From Takakia lepidozioides (lineage: Eukaryota > Plantae > Bryophyta): DNA of 64,000 bases. Numbering within the stretch: the first letter of the stretch is position 1; each line of letters starts with the position of its first letter. The notes under the pieces were generated by a model. That model worked only from the letters and a program-made list of their open reading frames with translations, had not been told where the DNA came from and searched no databases. The translations under genes and the position numbers were made by a program. The stretch lies in the NCBI GenBank assembly GCA_030704615.1, contig CM060731.1, forward strand, positions 51,150,001 to 51,214,000. The letters are read 5' to 3'. Of this stretch, positions 1 through 12,290 are shown one piece after another.

Positions 1-3000
1 AGTAGCCCCTCACTGACTGCCATGTCAGTAATCAGCAGTTGTTATGGACATTAAAGTAGTGGTTACTTTATACCCTAGTTTTTATTTTGAAAAAAAATGA
101 TGTGTCTACATCTCATCTCCGCCACTAGATGGACTTGGACCGTCCGATGCAACCCGGAACCTGGACAACGTCGCGACAGGTCTCTCATTTTTTCTCTACT
201 CACACACACAGTCTCTCGCGTTTTTTGCATAAATCGCTTTTACACATTGCTAAGTGCCTCTCGCGATTGTTTTCCGAGTTCCTACTTTAGAGATAAATAA
301 TGCGCCTCGCGAAAAACCCGTTATGTGTGGAATGGCCCATTGCGAAGAAGTAGTCGTTTGAGTACAAATACTCATGTTCACATGGGTGTGGGAAAAAAAG
401 AGTCGAGCGACTGGGAGAGGAACTCGAAGGAGGATAATACTGCGACTCGTAGTGCAGATTACTCACCAGAGATCTTGACCAGGTCCAAGTGCAAACTTAT
501 TAACTAGATATTATTTAGTTAGTTTCACACTAACAGTGAAACTTGACATAGTGTTTATGTGTTTGGTTTTTAAGTATTAAGGATAAGAGAATTTTTCTCT
601 CATATGGCGAAATTATCGCCAATTTTTTTCATGTTCTAAAGTTTTGAGGCTAGTGGATTATCCCCCGAGAGGGTCATAGGCCCACCGTGGAATCACGAAA
701 CTAACTAAAAAGAGCAATAACTAAGAGTAAGGGCTGCCCAAAAAGGCAGCCACCCAATCTATAAGTGGGACGATCTTAGGGGTATGGTCAAAGGTCAAGA
801 AAGCGTTTTTTAGTGGGATACTTGACGTCACCATCACGGCCAACTGCCGCAAGACCCGCATTATAGTACGACAGAAAATGATAGTGGCCTACTGGATAAT
901 AGCGTCTAGCGGCCATATCCGTGAGCTCAAATCGTAAAGAGTTGACTGGGCGGTTAATGTTGGACGGCCGCATTTCACGCTTTATTTTGCGGTCACGGAC
1001 CGCTGGCCTAGAAGCGTCGCACCACTTGGCGCCACCATGCCTCTCCGATTGACCTGAGGATTTACAGGCACTTACGGAGCACCTAATCATAATTTATTAC
1101 CAATTTTTGGGATTTATGGTTAATGTTAGCAGCGGCACCGAAATACAAGGCCTATGGCACTTGTGGCGACCGATTTAAGTGATTTCTATGTATGTCATTG
1201 GATGAAATGACTCAAATTCGTCCTGGGGGTTTTGGATGTTAACCGCCACTTAGTGGTCAAAGAGGATGAGGAAGAACCTTAACTTGATGAGACTAAATAC
1301 AAATCCAATTTGTAAAACTAGTAGAGATTATCTTTGCAAATGAAACATATAGCATTAATTTGTAACCACATATCAATGCAATCCTTATGAAAACTATGCT
1401 TGCAGAATGACAGTTGTCGAAAAAAATCCCCATATGCAAGAGCTCCAAAGTAAATAGAACATGTTTGCTCTTCCCTTCCGACGGGAAGAACCTCGCAAAC
1501 TAGAGAGAGATATGATAAAAAAACTACTAAAGTGCAATAAACAAATATTTAGATGAAACTCATTCGGGAAACCGGTCAGTTTGTGGTTGACTTTATCTTG
1601 TACATTGTGTCATTGGCTATTGCGTCATGATTGACTCTATTTTATTGCGTATAAAATTTCATAATATGTTATGTATAGATACCTTGGGTTTGCACATAAT
1701 TTCACTATATACGTTGAATCATTTTTTGTGCTTCTCATGGTCTTTGTTGCTCCTCACTATGAAAGAGAAACCACCATAAGTGTCCAAAGTTGTGTTCTTC
1801 TGTAAGCAAAAACTGTCGCTTTCTGGATTTGAGGATAGATAGAGTCAACCGCAAACTTGATTTTATTATGTCTAGGATGAGACTAAATACGAATCCGACC
1901 CTAAGAAACTATTAGTAGTTGTTAGGGAATTGTGCAATACCAGAACTACACTGCACCCATTATGGAAGGTACACTGCGTTAGAGATACTGGTTCGAACAA
2001 GTTGCGGCCATTGGACTCGTTGATGATTCCATCTAATCTTCTAGATCAACTCCAACATAATTTGCGCAACCCTAACCCAATTTGTCGTGAATTTATCATC
2101 CATCCATAAATTCATCAATATATTGGAGATGAAGATGGTGCAATCAGGCGCCCAGTGCATATTGTCTGCCTCGTGCTGCAGTGAATCGTTGTTCTACGAT
2201 CTTGGAGATTCAGAAGACATGTACTTTTCTATAACTCTCCCTGGATTTCGTTTACTTGTTGCGCATGAACAGTGCCGTGCATTTATCTAGATGCAGATGC
2301 AGCACCTATGGCCCACTACATCATGATGAATTCGAGAGCGTGCATTTGCACTTTTATAATTTAAAATTCAATATTCATGGTCTTGTTGTTCTTAAAGACT
2401 AGTTCCATTAACCTCTCAGTAATATGTGAGTTCGCACCTTCTCTTCATTAATAGTGCTCAATCCAAATAATGCGTAGTGCACTACACATGCATTGCATTT
2501 CGTTTCTGGGTGCGGATCAAAACTAACGTGATCTTCCATGATGCCTTCTTCAGGATAACAAGTGAAAATAGACCATTGGAAAACATCCCAAGCAGACTTG
2601 GGGTTGCATACCTCAGGATTCCCATGAATATGGGGATAGGGACGACAAAAGAAGATGGATATGCATCACAAAAAGATCCACTGATACCAGATGTAGCAGA
2701 ATTTTTTCCAAAAATGCTGCCATTGTCCGTCATAAGCCGCTCTTGTCCGTTATTTGCGACTGCTAAATTTGACAGTTGCATCAATTCTTTTAAAATAATA
2801 AAAATTCAAATACCGCAGCTTATCAAAAAATACTAAATATTCAAGCGACCCCAAATATTTAACGGTTGCAAATAATTAAGATAATTTTAATAGCTGCGAC
2901 TGCCAAATTTTGGCAGTCATACTAATTAAAAATTCAAAAAATTGAAAGGACCGCCAAAACTCGAAGGTCGTAGTTAATTTATTAGTTTTAAAATTATATA

Positions 3001-4529
3001 ATTGAGAAAGAATTAGTGCTAGTTAGATCCACGTGTGCAGTCCATAGTCCACTTGGACTGCCACCTTAATATATACGGTAAAAATATTATGAGTAAAAAT
3101 TAAACGTAAATTTTTTTTATAAGTCCATGGCATAGCAAATTGCACCAAATGCATAAATTGCACAAAATAGCATATGAAATTGCACTAGATGATAGTTACA
3201 CAAATGAAATGTAGGTCTCTAACACATCAGCGACGAGCGTCATATAATCTCTCAATATTTTAAACTTTATACTTCAAAGTTAATCTTGATAATACATAAG
3301 GACAGTTTTGACGATAATATGACAATATGTCAGGACATCTCAATTGTTCTAAAATTACTATATAAGTTTGAAATCGCAAGCTTTGGCATAAATTATTTAA
3401 TTTATCTTTTTGGAATAAAATCAAAACTTCTAGGCTCTAACGGGACCGTCATTTTGATGGTCATCCTTTTGTTGGATGGAAAAAAATTAGGGAAGCGGGG
3501 CTGATAGTTCCAAAAAAAATTACTATTCATTTAATTATTTGATAAAATTGAGATCACCAGAGCTGGCGGTCCCATTTTTTCTTTTGATGTAAACTTATAT
3601 GATAAATCGGGATCGCCAAAGCTAAGATCGTCGGCTTAGGCATGCCCCGTTTTATCTTTAATTTGTTCATGATAAAGTATTCAATCTATTTTTTCCTTCT
3701 GCTGTAATCAATTAAGAGAGCCTCATTCTAGGCGACCTTGTCAAAAATTACGGAAGATGTACAAAAATGTTGAAAGAAGCTAAGCAAGATCATGAGATAC
3801 TAGAAAACTGTAAGACATTGTGAAACACTCTGAAAGACAACAACAGAGTGGAAGACGGTGAAAAACTATAGAAGTTCACATACAGAGAATGTGTGAAGTT
3901 AACATACCTATATACTCTTAAGATAATACTATTAAATAAATATATAAATCAAATTTTTTATTTATAATATAATAAGTAGTGGTTGCAAATATTTATGAAG
4001 ACTAATTATTAATCACACCAACCACATGTAGCATTCATTACTACAAACTGACCGAATATGTAGAAACTAACAAAATATATAGGTTATCATTGTTTATTAC
4101 AAATGAAACAAAATTCTAGTAATGTTGGTTACATTAATGATGACAGTCACCAACTCCATTATTTACTAGGATTCATAATAAACATGTCTATCGACTTCAC
4201 TTATTAATTTAAAATTGTAGTCAGTAATAGTTATGAAGAGTTATGGAAGTTGAATATTAATCACATACCCATAACGAATAGCATTCATTACAAAAACCTC
4301 ATACAGGGTTGCCATTATTTATTATGAATTTAAAAAAAACTATTTATAAAAAATATCATCAGTTATGTACCGACAAAATTTGTAGGTTGTCACCATCTAT
4401 TACAATTAAGAAAAACTTTATTCTCGGTAAACGTTCATACAGCTATTTGTAATGCACCGACATCCATTTTTAAATAAACCTTCATGAGTTAGTACCTATA
4501 TAAAAAGTTTGTAAAAATAAAAAATATAT

Positions 4530-6180
4530 AAATTGCTATTTATATATGTCCTAAGGACTCCTTAGAAACGCTCGAAAGACTCCTTAGAGCAAAAAAATAA
4601 AAAATAATAATTACTATTTATATTCGCCCTAAGGAATCCTTAGAGCCACTCTAAAAATTTCTTAGAATGAAAAAATAAATATATGTACATTGCTATTTAC
4701 ATTCGACTTAAGGACTCCTTAGAGCGAGAAATAGAAAAATATAAATTACTATTTATATTCGCCCTATGGAGTCTTTAAAGCGACTCTAAGAACTCCTTAG
4801 AGAAGGAAAATAGAAAAATATAAATTATTATTTATATTCGCCCTAATGACTCTTTAGAGCGGGAAAATGGGAAAATGTAAATTACTATTTATATTCACCC
4901 TACAGACTCCTTAGAGTCACTCTAAGAATTTCCTAGAACAAAATATATATATATATATATAGATAAATTATTATTTATATTTTCCCTAAAGACTCCTTAG
5001 AGCCACTCTACAGACTCCTGAGAGCGAGAAAATAGAAAAATATAAATTATTATTTACATTTGCCCTAAAGACTCCTTAGAGCAAAAAATAGAAAACTATA
5101 AATTACTATTTATATTTGCTCTTAGGACTCCTTAGGGCCGCTCTAAGGATTTCTTAGAGCAAATAAATAAATAAATAAAAATTGTTATTTATTTCTGTCC
5201 TAAGGATTTATATCCGCATTTGGGCGAATATAAGTAGCATTTTATATTTTTCTATTTTTTTACTCTAAGGAAAATTATGTAATAATTATAATTATAATAC
5301 TATTATATAATTATAATACTATTATGTATTATTATATTATTATTATTATATTATATAATACTTATTGTGTAATAATAATTATGTTATATATAATATTATG
5401 CGAATAATATTATATATTTAATATGATATACCAATTCAATCTAATGATGCAATAAGAAATCCTTAGAATGAATCTAAGAAACTCTTAGAGTGAATGTGTG
5501 TTTTTCTTTAATCACTCTAAAACATCCTTAGAGCGGCTTAGAGCGGCTCTAAGGGATCCTTAGAGCAAATGCAAATAGCATAGTTTATTCTGTTTTCTTG
5601 CTCTAAGTAATGCTTAGATCAAATGTGAATAGCCATTTAAATTTTTTTGTTTTCCCACTCTAATAAATCCTTAGAGTGGCTCTAAAGGATCCTTGGAGCA
5701 AATACAAATAGCAATTTAGCTTTTTCTGTTTCCCCGCTCTGAAAAATCCTTAGAGCGGCTCTAGTAAGGGATCCTTAGAGCGAATCTTTTTCTGTTTTCT
5801 TATTCTAAGTAATACTTAGATCGAATGTAAATAGCAATTTAGTTTTTTCTGTTTTTCCGCTCTAAAAAATCCCTAGAGCGGCTCTTAGAGCGAATACAAA
5901 TAGCAATTTAGCTTTTTCTGTTTTCCGTTGTATGAAATCCTTAGAGTGGCTTATAGCGGCTTTAAGGGATCCTTAGAACGAACATAAATAGCAATTAGCT
6001 TTTTCTAATTTCCCAATCTAACAAATCCTTACATTGGCTCTAACTTAAGATAACTTGGGATCCTTCTAATAAATGCAAAAAAATATTAAGGTTTATCTTC
6101 TTGGTCATGGTTGACTGTTTTGTTTTCCCGCTCTATTAGAACGGCTCTAAGGGATCCTTAGAATAAATGTAAAAAATATG
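4530..6180. repeat. Inverted arrays of ~60-80 bp subrepeats around an AT-rich core
   Basis: Left units resemble aaattactatttatattcgccctaaggactccttagagc (4530-5200). Right units are the reverse-complement form gctctaagggatccttagagcgaatacaaatagcaattt (5450-6180). A TA/TTA low-complexity core lies at 5270-5430. Confidence 0.8.
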
Positions 6181-6199
6181 TTATGGTTTTTTTTCTTCT

Positions 6200-7134
6200 C
6201 TTTTTTTTAAAATAAAGGGTAACACCTGGGAGCAACATCTCACAAAAAAGGCCCCTTGGTAGAGAGAGGAGAAAATAACCAGTGTTGGGCGGTTATTTGA
6301 TTTTTTTGATATCAGGCGGTTACGGATGTTTCACTTTAACTTTGTATTCATATCCTCCGGTTCCAGAGTTTTGGATCTTTTTCATTTTGATATCCTACCG
6401 GTTAACAATAAATATAAAATTTAAGCCTATGCGGTTATGGACAAATGGACTTTCTCTCTAGACGGCATCCGGCGGTTCAGTATCCGGTTATCAAACAAGT
6501 CATGGTTTGTTATAATGATGTAAAATAAACCATAATCTGACCTAAATCATATCACAGTTGAACATATTTGAGGTGTTCATCAACATTCCTTGAAGATCGC
6601 AATAAGGCCATTAGGTGCAAGATCTGCAATCGCCCTCTCTCATAAATCCTATGCCACCCTTCCTAATGAGTGGAAAGAATATGAAGGATCCACCTCATGC
6701 CACATCGTTTATGTAACCATATATTAGTAACCTCCGGTTAAAAGGGCGGATAAAAAGGTTCATAACCTGCCTCGTGTGGGCTACTAGTTCCGGATCAAAA
6801 CAAATATAAAAGAAAAACAAAACCACAGGTTCTCAACCAGATCCGGTTATTCAAGCTATTCATATCCGGCGGTTCCTAATGGAGTCAGATATTTAAATTT
6901 TTGACCTCCGGCAGATCCACATATATATATCCGGGTTGGGATCCGGGGGTTTGAGGCAGAATCAAATATCCGCCCAAAACTGAAAATAACCTCTCAGTAA
7001 CCTCGCCGTAAGGCTTTCTGATGCGAAACTGCGCAGGGAAGGGGGAGAATAGTGTACCACACCCGTCAAGTAGTAGGGTTTGACCCCAAGGTCATCCGGA
7101 TGGCACTTTACCAACTGTCTACTGACTGTTGGTT
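6200..7134 (-). mobile_element. tRNA-derived SINE, split by a hAT MITE
   Basis: 6213-6279 joined to 6983-7133 aligns with the uninterrupted copy at 34539-34760. It has an A-rich tail on the minus strand and a near-duplicate ggtttttt(tt)cttct on both flanks (~6185 and ~7135). Confidence 0.65.
6280..6982. mobile_element. Non-autonomous hAT-type MITE
   Basis: 22-bp TIRs cagtgttgggcggttatttgat / atcaaatatccgcccaaaactg (2 mismatches). Perfect 8-bp TSD aaaataac at 6272-6279 and 6983-6990. ccggtt subterminal repeats. Confidence 0.9.
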
Positions 7135-7360
7135 GGTTTTTCTTCTTGGTCATGGTTGACTGTTGAGGCCGTATGGCACCCTTTGGGATTTAACTCTTTT
7201 TCCCCCTTTAATAATTCACCTATCAACAATTTAGTTATTTGGTTTAAAAAATGTGACCTTTTGGCTAAAATATATTAGGGTTTAGCCAGAACTTGTCGAC
7301 GCGGCCTTCTGTCTTGCTGAGAAGAAAAACTTGGCACTTAGCTGGCATCCTAATAATCGC

Positions 7361-9472
7361 ATGATGCAATGCACTTGGGCAGGCAGACAGGAAATGGGCA
7401 GTGGAGTGGTGCTGGGCGCTGGACCCTTGCAACTGATGGCTATCCCGGCTTCTCAGCTTGCACCAGACTTGAGACCCAAGCTGCCACAGGAGGGATTTTG
7501 GGTTGAGAATTGGTGGAACCCTCCTTGGGTGGAAGGGTTTTTTGAACCATGCAGCATGGGAGTGTTGGATCAAACACAGGTAAGTGGTAGCACCCCCACC
7601 GTCACCAGTGCCATTGAAAGAGGAGTAAGAGAGCAAGTGAAGAAGAACTCTTGTGGCAGCTATGGGGATGTGAGGACACTGTGCCAGGCAGGACAAGTGA
7701 AAGAGGCGGTGCACATTTTGAAGCAATCAGACATTCGGGCGGACTCCAATACTTACGTCTGTATCTTGCACGAGTGCACCAACATGAAAGGCCTGGCAGA
7801 GGGGAAGCAGGTGCACGCACACATGGTTGGAAGTGGATTCAAACCAAACCTGTTTCTACTCAATACCCTTGTCAACATGTATGCCAAGTGCGGGAGCGTG
7901 GTGGATGCACGCCAAGTATTTGACAAAATGCCTGAACGAAATGCATTTACGTGGACTATAATGATAGCAGGATATGCCAACCATGGGTGTGCTAGGGAGG
8001 CTTTTGAGATCTACGAGCATATGCAACGAGAAGGGGTGGCGCCTGATAGGGTCACCTTCATTTGTGTTCTCAATGCCTGTGCCAGTCTTGGAGCACTGGA
8101 AAAGGGCAGAAAGGTCCATCGTGACATCCTAAGAACTGGAATTGCGTCATATATAAATTTGGAGAATGCCCTTGTTGATATGTATGCCAAGTGTGGAAGC
8201 ATGAAGGATGCACGCCAAGTGTTTGGCAATATGGCTAGAAAAAATGTGGTCTCATGGAGTGCGATCATCGCAGGTTATGCTCAGCATGGGTGTGGGCGGG
8301 AGGCTTTCGAGATTTATGACCAAATGCAACTTGGGGGGGTGATGCCCAATGAAGTGACGTTCATTTGCGTTTTGAACGCCTGTGCCAGCCTAGGAGCCGT
8401 GGAAAGGGGCAAAGGTGTCCATGCCGACATCATAAAAGCTGGACTTGCATCATATGTAAACTTGGAGAATACCCTCGTCACCATGTATGCCAAATGCGGG
8501 AGCGTAATGGATGCTCGGCAATTGTTCGACAATATGACTGAGAGAAATGTGGTAACATGGAATGCCATGATCGGAGGATACTCTCAGCATGGGTGTGGTA
8601 GGGAGGTCGTCCAACTATTTGAGCAGATGGTACAGGAGGGCTTGAAGCCCAATGGTATAACCTTCATATCTCTTCTCTCTGCATGCAGCCATGCGGGTCT
8701 AGTGGATGAAGGCCTTCATTACTTTGATTCCATAAGCCAGATTCATGGGCTTGCTCCAACTGTGGAGCATTTTGGCTGCATGGTGGACTCGCTTGGCCGG
8801 TCAGGCCAATTGGATGATGCAGAAGACTTTATCAAAAACATGCCAATCAAACCAGACACTTCTGTGTGGAGGGCCTTGCTAGGTGCCTGCAGAGTTCATT
8901 GTGATGTGGAGGTTGCAGAACGTGCAACTAAAAGCATTGTGGAAAGTGATCCACAGCAAGCTTCAGCTTATGTGCTGCTGTCGAACATCTATGCTGCAGC
9001 CGGCAGGTGGGAAGATAAAGCAAAGGTGAGAAAATTGATGGAGAGCAGGGGTATCATTAAGGATGCAGGTCACAGCTTCATTGAGGCTAACAACCTGGTG
9101 CATACATTTGTGGGATGGGATGAATCGCATCCACGAATTAAGGAAATCCATGCCGAGCTGAAGAGATTGTCTGGTCTGATGAAGGAGGCAGGCTATGTTC
9201 CTGACACACGATATGTATTGCATGATTTGGAGGAGGAGGAAAAGGAATTCTCTCTTTGCCATCACAGTGAGAGGCTGGCTATTGCTTTTGGGCTCATCAG
9301 CACCCACCCTCAGACACCTATTCGCATCTTCAAGAACCTTCGTGTGTGTGGTGACTGCCACACAGCCACCAAGTTCATCTCGAAGATTGTTGGGCGAGCA
9401 ATAGTTGTGCGTGATGCCAACCGCTTTCACCACTTCCAAGATGGGGTTTGTTCTTGTGGGGATTACTGGTGA
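7361..9472 (+). CDS. PLS-class PPR protein with E1-E2-DYW domain (organellar C-to-U RNA editing factor)
   Basis: Intronless ORF with first ATG at 7361. Motif order is L-S-P-L-S-P-L-S-P2-L2-S2, then E1, E2 and a DYW domain with PG-box variant KDAGHSFIE, HSERLAIAFG, CGDC and terminal CSCGDYW. Confidence 0.97.
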   Translation: MMQCTWAGRQEMGSGVVLGAGPLQLMAIPASQLAPDLRPKLPQEGFWVENWWNPPWVEGFFEPCSMGVLDQTQVSGSTPTVTSAIERGVREQVKKNSCGSYGDVRTLCQAGQVKEAVHILKQSDIRADSNTYVCILHECTNMKGLAEGKQVHAHMVGSGFKPNLFLLNTLVNMYAKCGSVVDARQVFDKMPERNAFTWTIMIAGYANHGCAREAFEIYEHMQREGVAPDRVTFICVLNACASLGALEKGRKVHRDILRTGIASYINLENALVDMYAKCGSMKDARQVFGNMARKNVVSWSAIIAGYAQHGCGREAFEIYDQMQLGGVMPNEVTFICVLNACASLGAVERGKGVHADIIKAGLASYVNLENTLVTMYAKCGSVMDARQLFDNMTERNVVTWNAMIGGYSQHGCGREVVQLFEQMVQEGLKPNGITFISLLSACSHAGLVDEGLHYFDSISQIHGLAPTVEHFGCMVDSLGRSGQLDDAEDFIKNMPIKPDTSVWRALLGACRVHCDVEVAERATKSIVESDPQQASAYVLLSNIYAAAGRWEDKAKVRKLMESRGIIKDAGHSFIEANNLVHTFVGWDESHPRIKEIHAELKRLSGLMKEAGYVPDTRYVLHDLEEEEKEFSLCHHSERLAIAFGLISTHPQTPIRIFKNLRVCGDCHTATKFISKIVGRAIVVRDANRFHHFQDGVCSCGDYW

Positions 9473-9639
9473 AACAAGCAATGTGCATGAAAGCTCCCTT
9501 CTATTGAAGTCAACTTTCAAGGAGGTAAGTTTGGGTTGGTTACCAAGAGGAAGTTCAAAATCCTGGAAGAAGAATGCCACCGGCTCAAGCCAGCAAACCT
9601 TATGGTTCCATTTGGGGCTGCTGCCCTATGGCCACTTTC

Positions 9640-11990
9640 TGATCTGGGTTATATATGATCTGGGTTCTTACCCCCTACTCTGGCCCTGGATATTAGATCT
9701 CCTGAGGTACTCACAGGCAAAGGCCCTGCTGAGTACTGAGTGGACCGTGGTGCATATCCTCCAAAAATAGTCCACTTCCAAGAGCCTTGAGCTAAATAAG
9801 GATTTAGTACTGTGTGGCCAAAGTGATCTAACCTCTTGAAGCTTTAGATATTGACTGCATGGCAGTCTACCTCGGAATGTAGAACCTTGATGCGCTGAAA
9901 GAACGCACCAAATTGTCTTCGATGACTGCTCTTGGGTTATAAGTGTGTCAACCCATACACTTCAGCCAAGTGCGTAAGGTGAGCTGCAAATGTCAACTCG
10001 ATTTAACAAAATTGATCAGCTATTTAGGCAATAGTACAATTGAAAAATCTGTGACTGCCATTGGATAAACCCAATCATGCCATAGCAATTTTTGGGTTTG
10101 GTGTCTCCACCCCTGGTGTATGGAAACCTTAAGCGACTTGCAAGGATTACTACCCTGGAGGCTTGTCACCACTATGGATTGATAGCCAACTTCGACAGAA
10201 CCGCATGAGGTACAAGTATCCTATTACTCCCACCACCCTTTCACATTCGATACGAGATTGGCATCAACACTACAAGTGGATTCGTAGGCAAGGTGACTGG
10301 AATTGATGTTTACAGGCATGCAAGAAGCTGGAGTGCTTTGATCTGTCAGGTTGTGAGATCCTCTTGTGAGATGCTCTTATCCTCTTGTTTTGGCGCCATC
10401 CATCTATGCAAGATGAAGGTCAGTTTCTTCTTATCCTTCTTTAAATGATTTCTCAGGAAGAGCATTCGAGAGCCCTGCTGTCCATGGATCCAAGCTTGTG
10501 CTGCTACCAGTTTGTTTCTCTTACTCAGAACTGGAGAATGACTGCTTTTGACTTGGTTTTCTGATCCAGCAGTCTGGGGGAGAACATACCACACCCAACA
10601 AGGTAGCAGGATTTGAACCCAGAATCACCTGGGTGGCACTCAGTGCTGAGCTACCGACTGGTTGTAATGTGGTAACCAGAGTTTTTACCAGAGGATGAAG
10701 GAAGACTAGGGCTTCGCGTTGCTCCGCACTACTAGCGACGAATTCTGAGAACTACATTCAATTTTCACAAAAAGGACGGGGTCATCCCCGTGTTTCATTG
10801 TTTCGCGCAAGAAGAGTGGCAGAGTGTTGCCGAAGCTATCATGTCACATCTCAGCATTTCCTTCTTTGATTATATTTCCGTGGTTTGTGGTGGATTTTCG
10901 AACCTGTAATCCATACAAGCAAGATGCCACAAAGTGGAGAAATGCTACGCAGGCAAGAAGAGCCTTATCGCAACAAAGGTGTAGGCTTAGCTAACAGCAC
11001 TATCTTGAAGCCGAAGCCACCTCTGGAGCCACATCAAATCAAAACTACATAAGAAGAAGGAGCAACTTGGATAACATGATGAAGAGAAAAAGATCCGGAT
11101 CTGAAAAACAGAGCAAAGGATGGCGGATCTTGATTCCTCCATAAGCACCAACGGGGCGTTAAATCAGTTCTTGGATACATGTATTTCAGCTGCATTGTGT
11201 TGAGTGTAACTTACAGCTTGGCCCAAAGGCTTACATACTGATGTGCATGGTCCTTTCATGGAATAGGTAGCAAGACGGCTGAAGAAAACACAAATCCAAG
11301 AGTTGATTATGTGCAACACTAATGCGACGTGGTGGACAACATGCTCATACATTTGAAACCTACACAAAACTAGGCAACTTCAGGTCAACCATTCACACAC
11401 ACTTGATGCTTCTTTTGAAGTAGAGATGGATGTTGAATGATTGACAATTTGCACATCCACATAGATGGATCCAAATGATAGATCCCTCAGAGGTCATTGC
11501 AAGGGAGATTGTTGAAAACCTTTGCACAAACTTACAGCCAGACATAGAAAGGCTCAACTTGCTTATTTCGAATCATGGGCATGTGCATGGTATGAGATGG
11601 TAGGTTCAATAAGCAAGTCGACAAGCTCACAAAGAGATAAGCAACCTACTATAAGTAAGGATGTGATTTCTATGTAATTGAGCTGCATTAATGGAAATCC
11701 ATTTATGAGGATAGCATTGCTATAGATTGTAACTGTGCTGTGTCAACAAAACATGTCTATTCTCTCCCTCCATTTGGAACTACAAGTGGGAGGATGCATT
11801 CGCCATGAAAAGGCTTCATCCCTGGAAGATGGTGCACACTCCCATATGCTCAGTGGCTCCATCCACCATGACCACTTTGACTCTGCCTGCCGTGCCTTTT
11901 CTCATGCAGGCCGGCCTGATTTGTCAGAGCGGCTGCTCAAACAGCTCATGCTCATGCAGTACGGACTCTCATACCATGTTTGTTGATGGT
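9640..11990 (+). pseudogene. Scattered, highly degenerate PPR / E / DYW-like remnants
   Basis: Short broken motifs: DCSWV (~9925), HAIAIFG (~10075), VHGPFME*VARRL (~11245) and SACRAFSHAGRPDLSERLLKQL (~11880, L2-like). No continuous frame. Confidence 0.35.
10577..10663 (-). mobile_element. Partial tRNA-derived SINE (head region)
   Basis: Matches the 34660-34760 and 7040-7133 copies. The minus strand shows tagctcag (A-box-like) and gggttcaaatcc (B box). Confidence 0.6.
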
Positions 11991-12290
11991 CCAAAACTCG
12001 TTGCACACATTGGCAGCTCTGTAAATTGTTTCTTATTCACTTCCTGAGTGTTGAACTGTGCCTTCTGCAGCCACTTGCAATAGCATGTAGCTCTCACCAA
12101 CAGTCAAAAGTCCCTGTGGACTGGGGAGGAAGCGGGTGAAAGATAAGATATCTAAGGATGCAGCACAAATGTGCAGGTCGCTGGCATTGGAAGTCCTCAT
12201 GCAGGCTGCTTCAAAAGACAATGCACCAGAGAAGGAACAGAGGAAGTACAAAGATAATTGTACCATTAATGAACAGGCAGACATCTATTA

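Noticed and set aside
1300-3700. Degenerate CACTA remnant (CNAC...VRTHILLRG on the minus strand at ~2415-2500; gcgact repeats at 2755-2960)
   Set aside because: Suggestive but too decayed to set boundaries or confirm by eye.
7331-7360. TTG start of the PPR ORF given in the ORF track
   Set aside because: For a nuclear gene the first in-frame ATG is at 7361.
7265-9580. Antisense and overlapping ORFs over the PPR gene, and similar short ORFs across the TEs
   Set aside because: These are shadow frames of real coding or GC-rich repeat sequence with no recognisable motifs.
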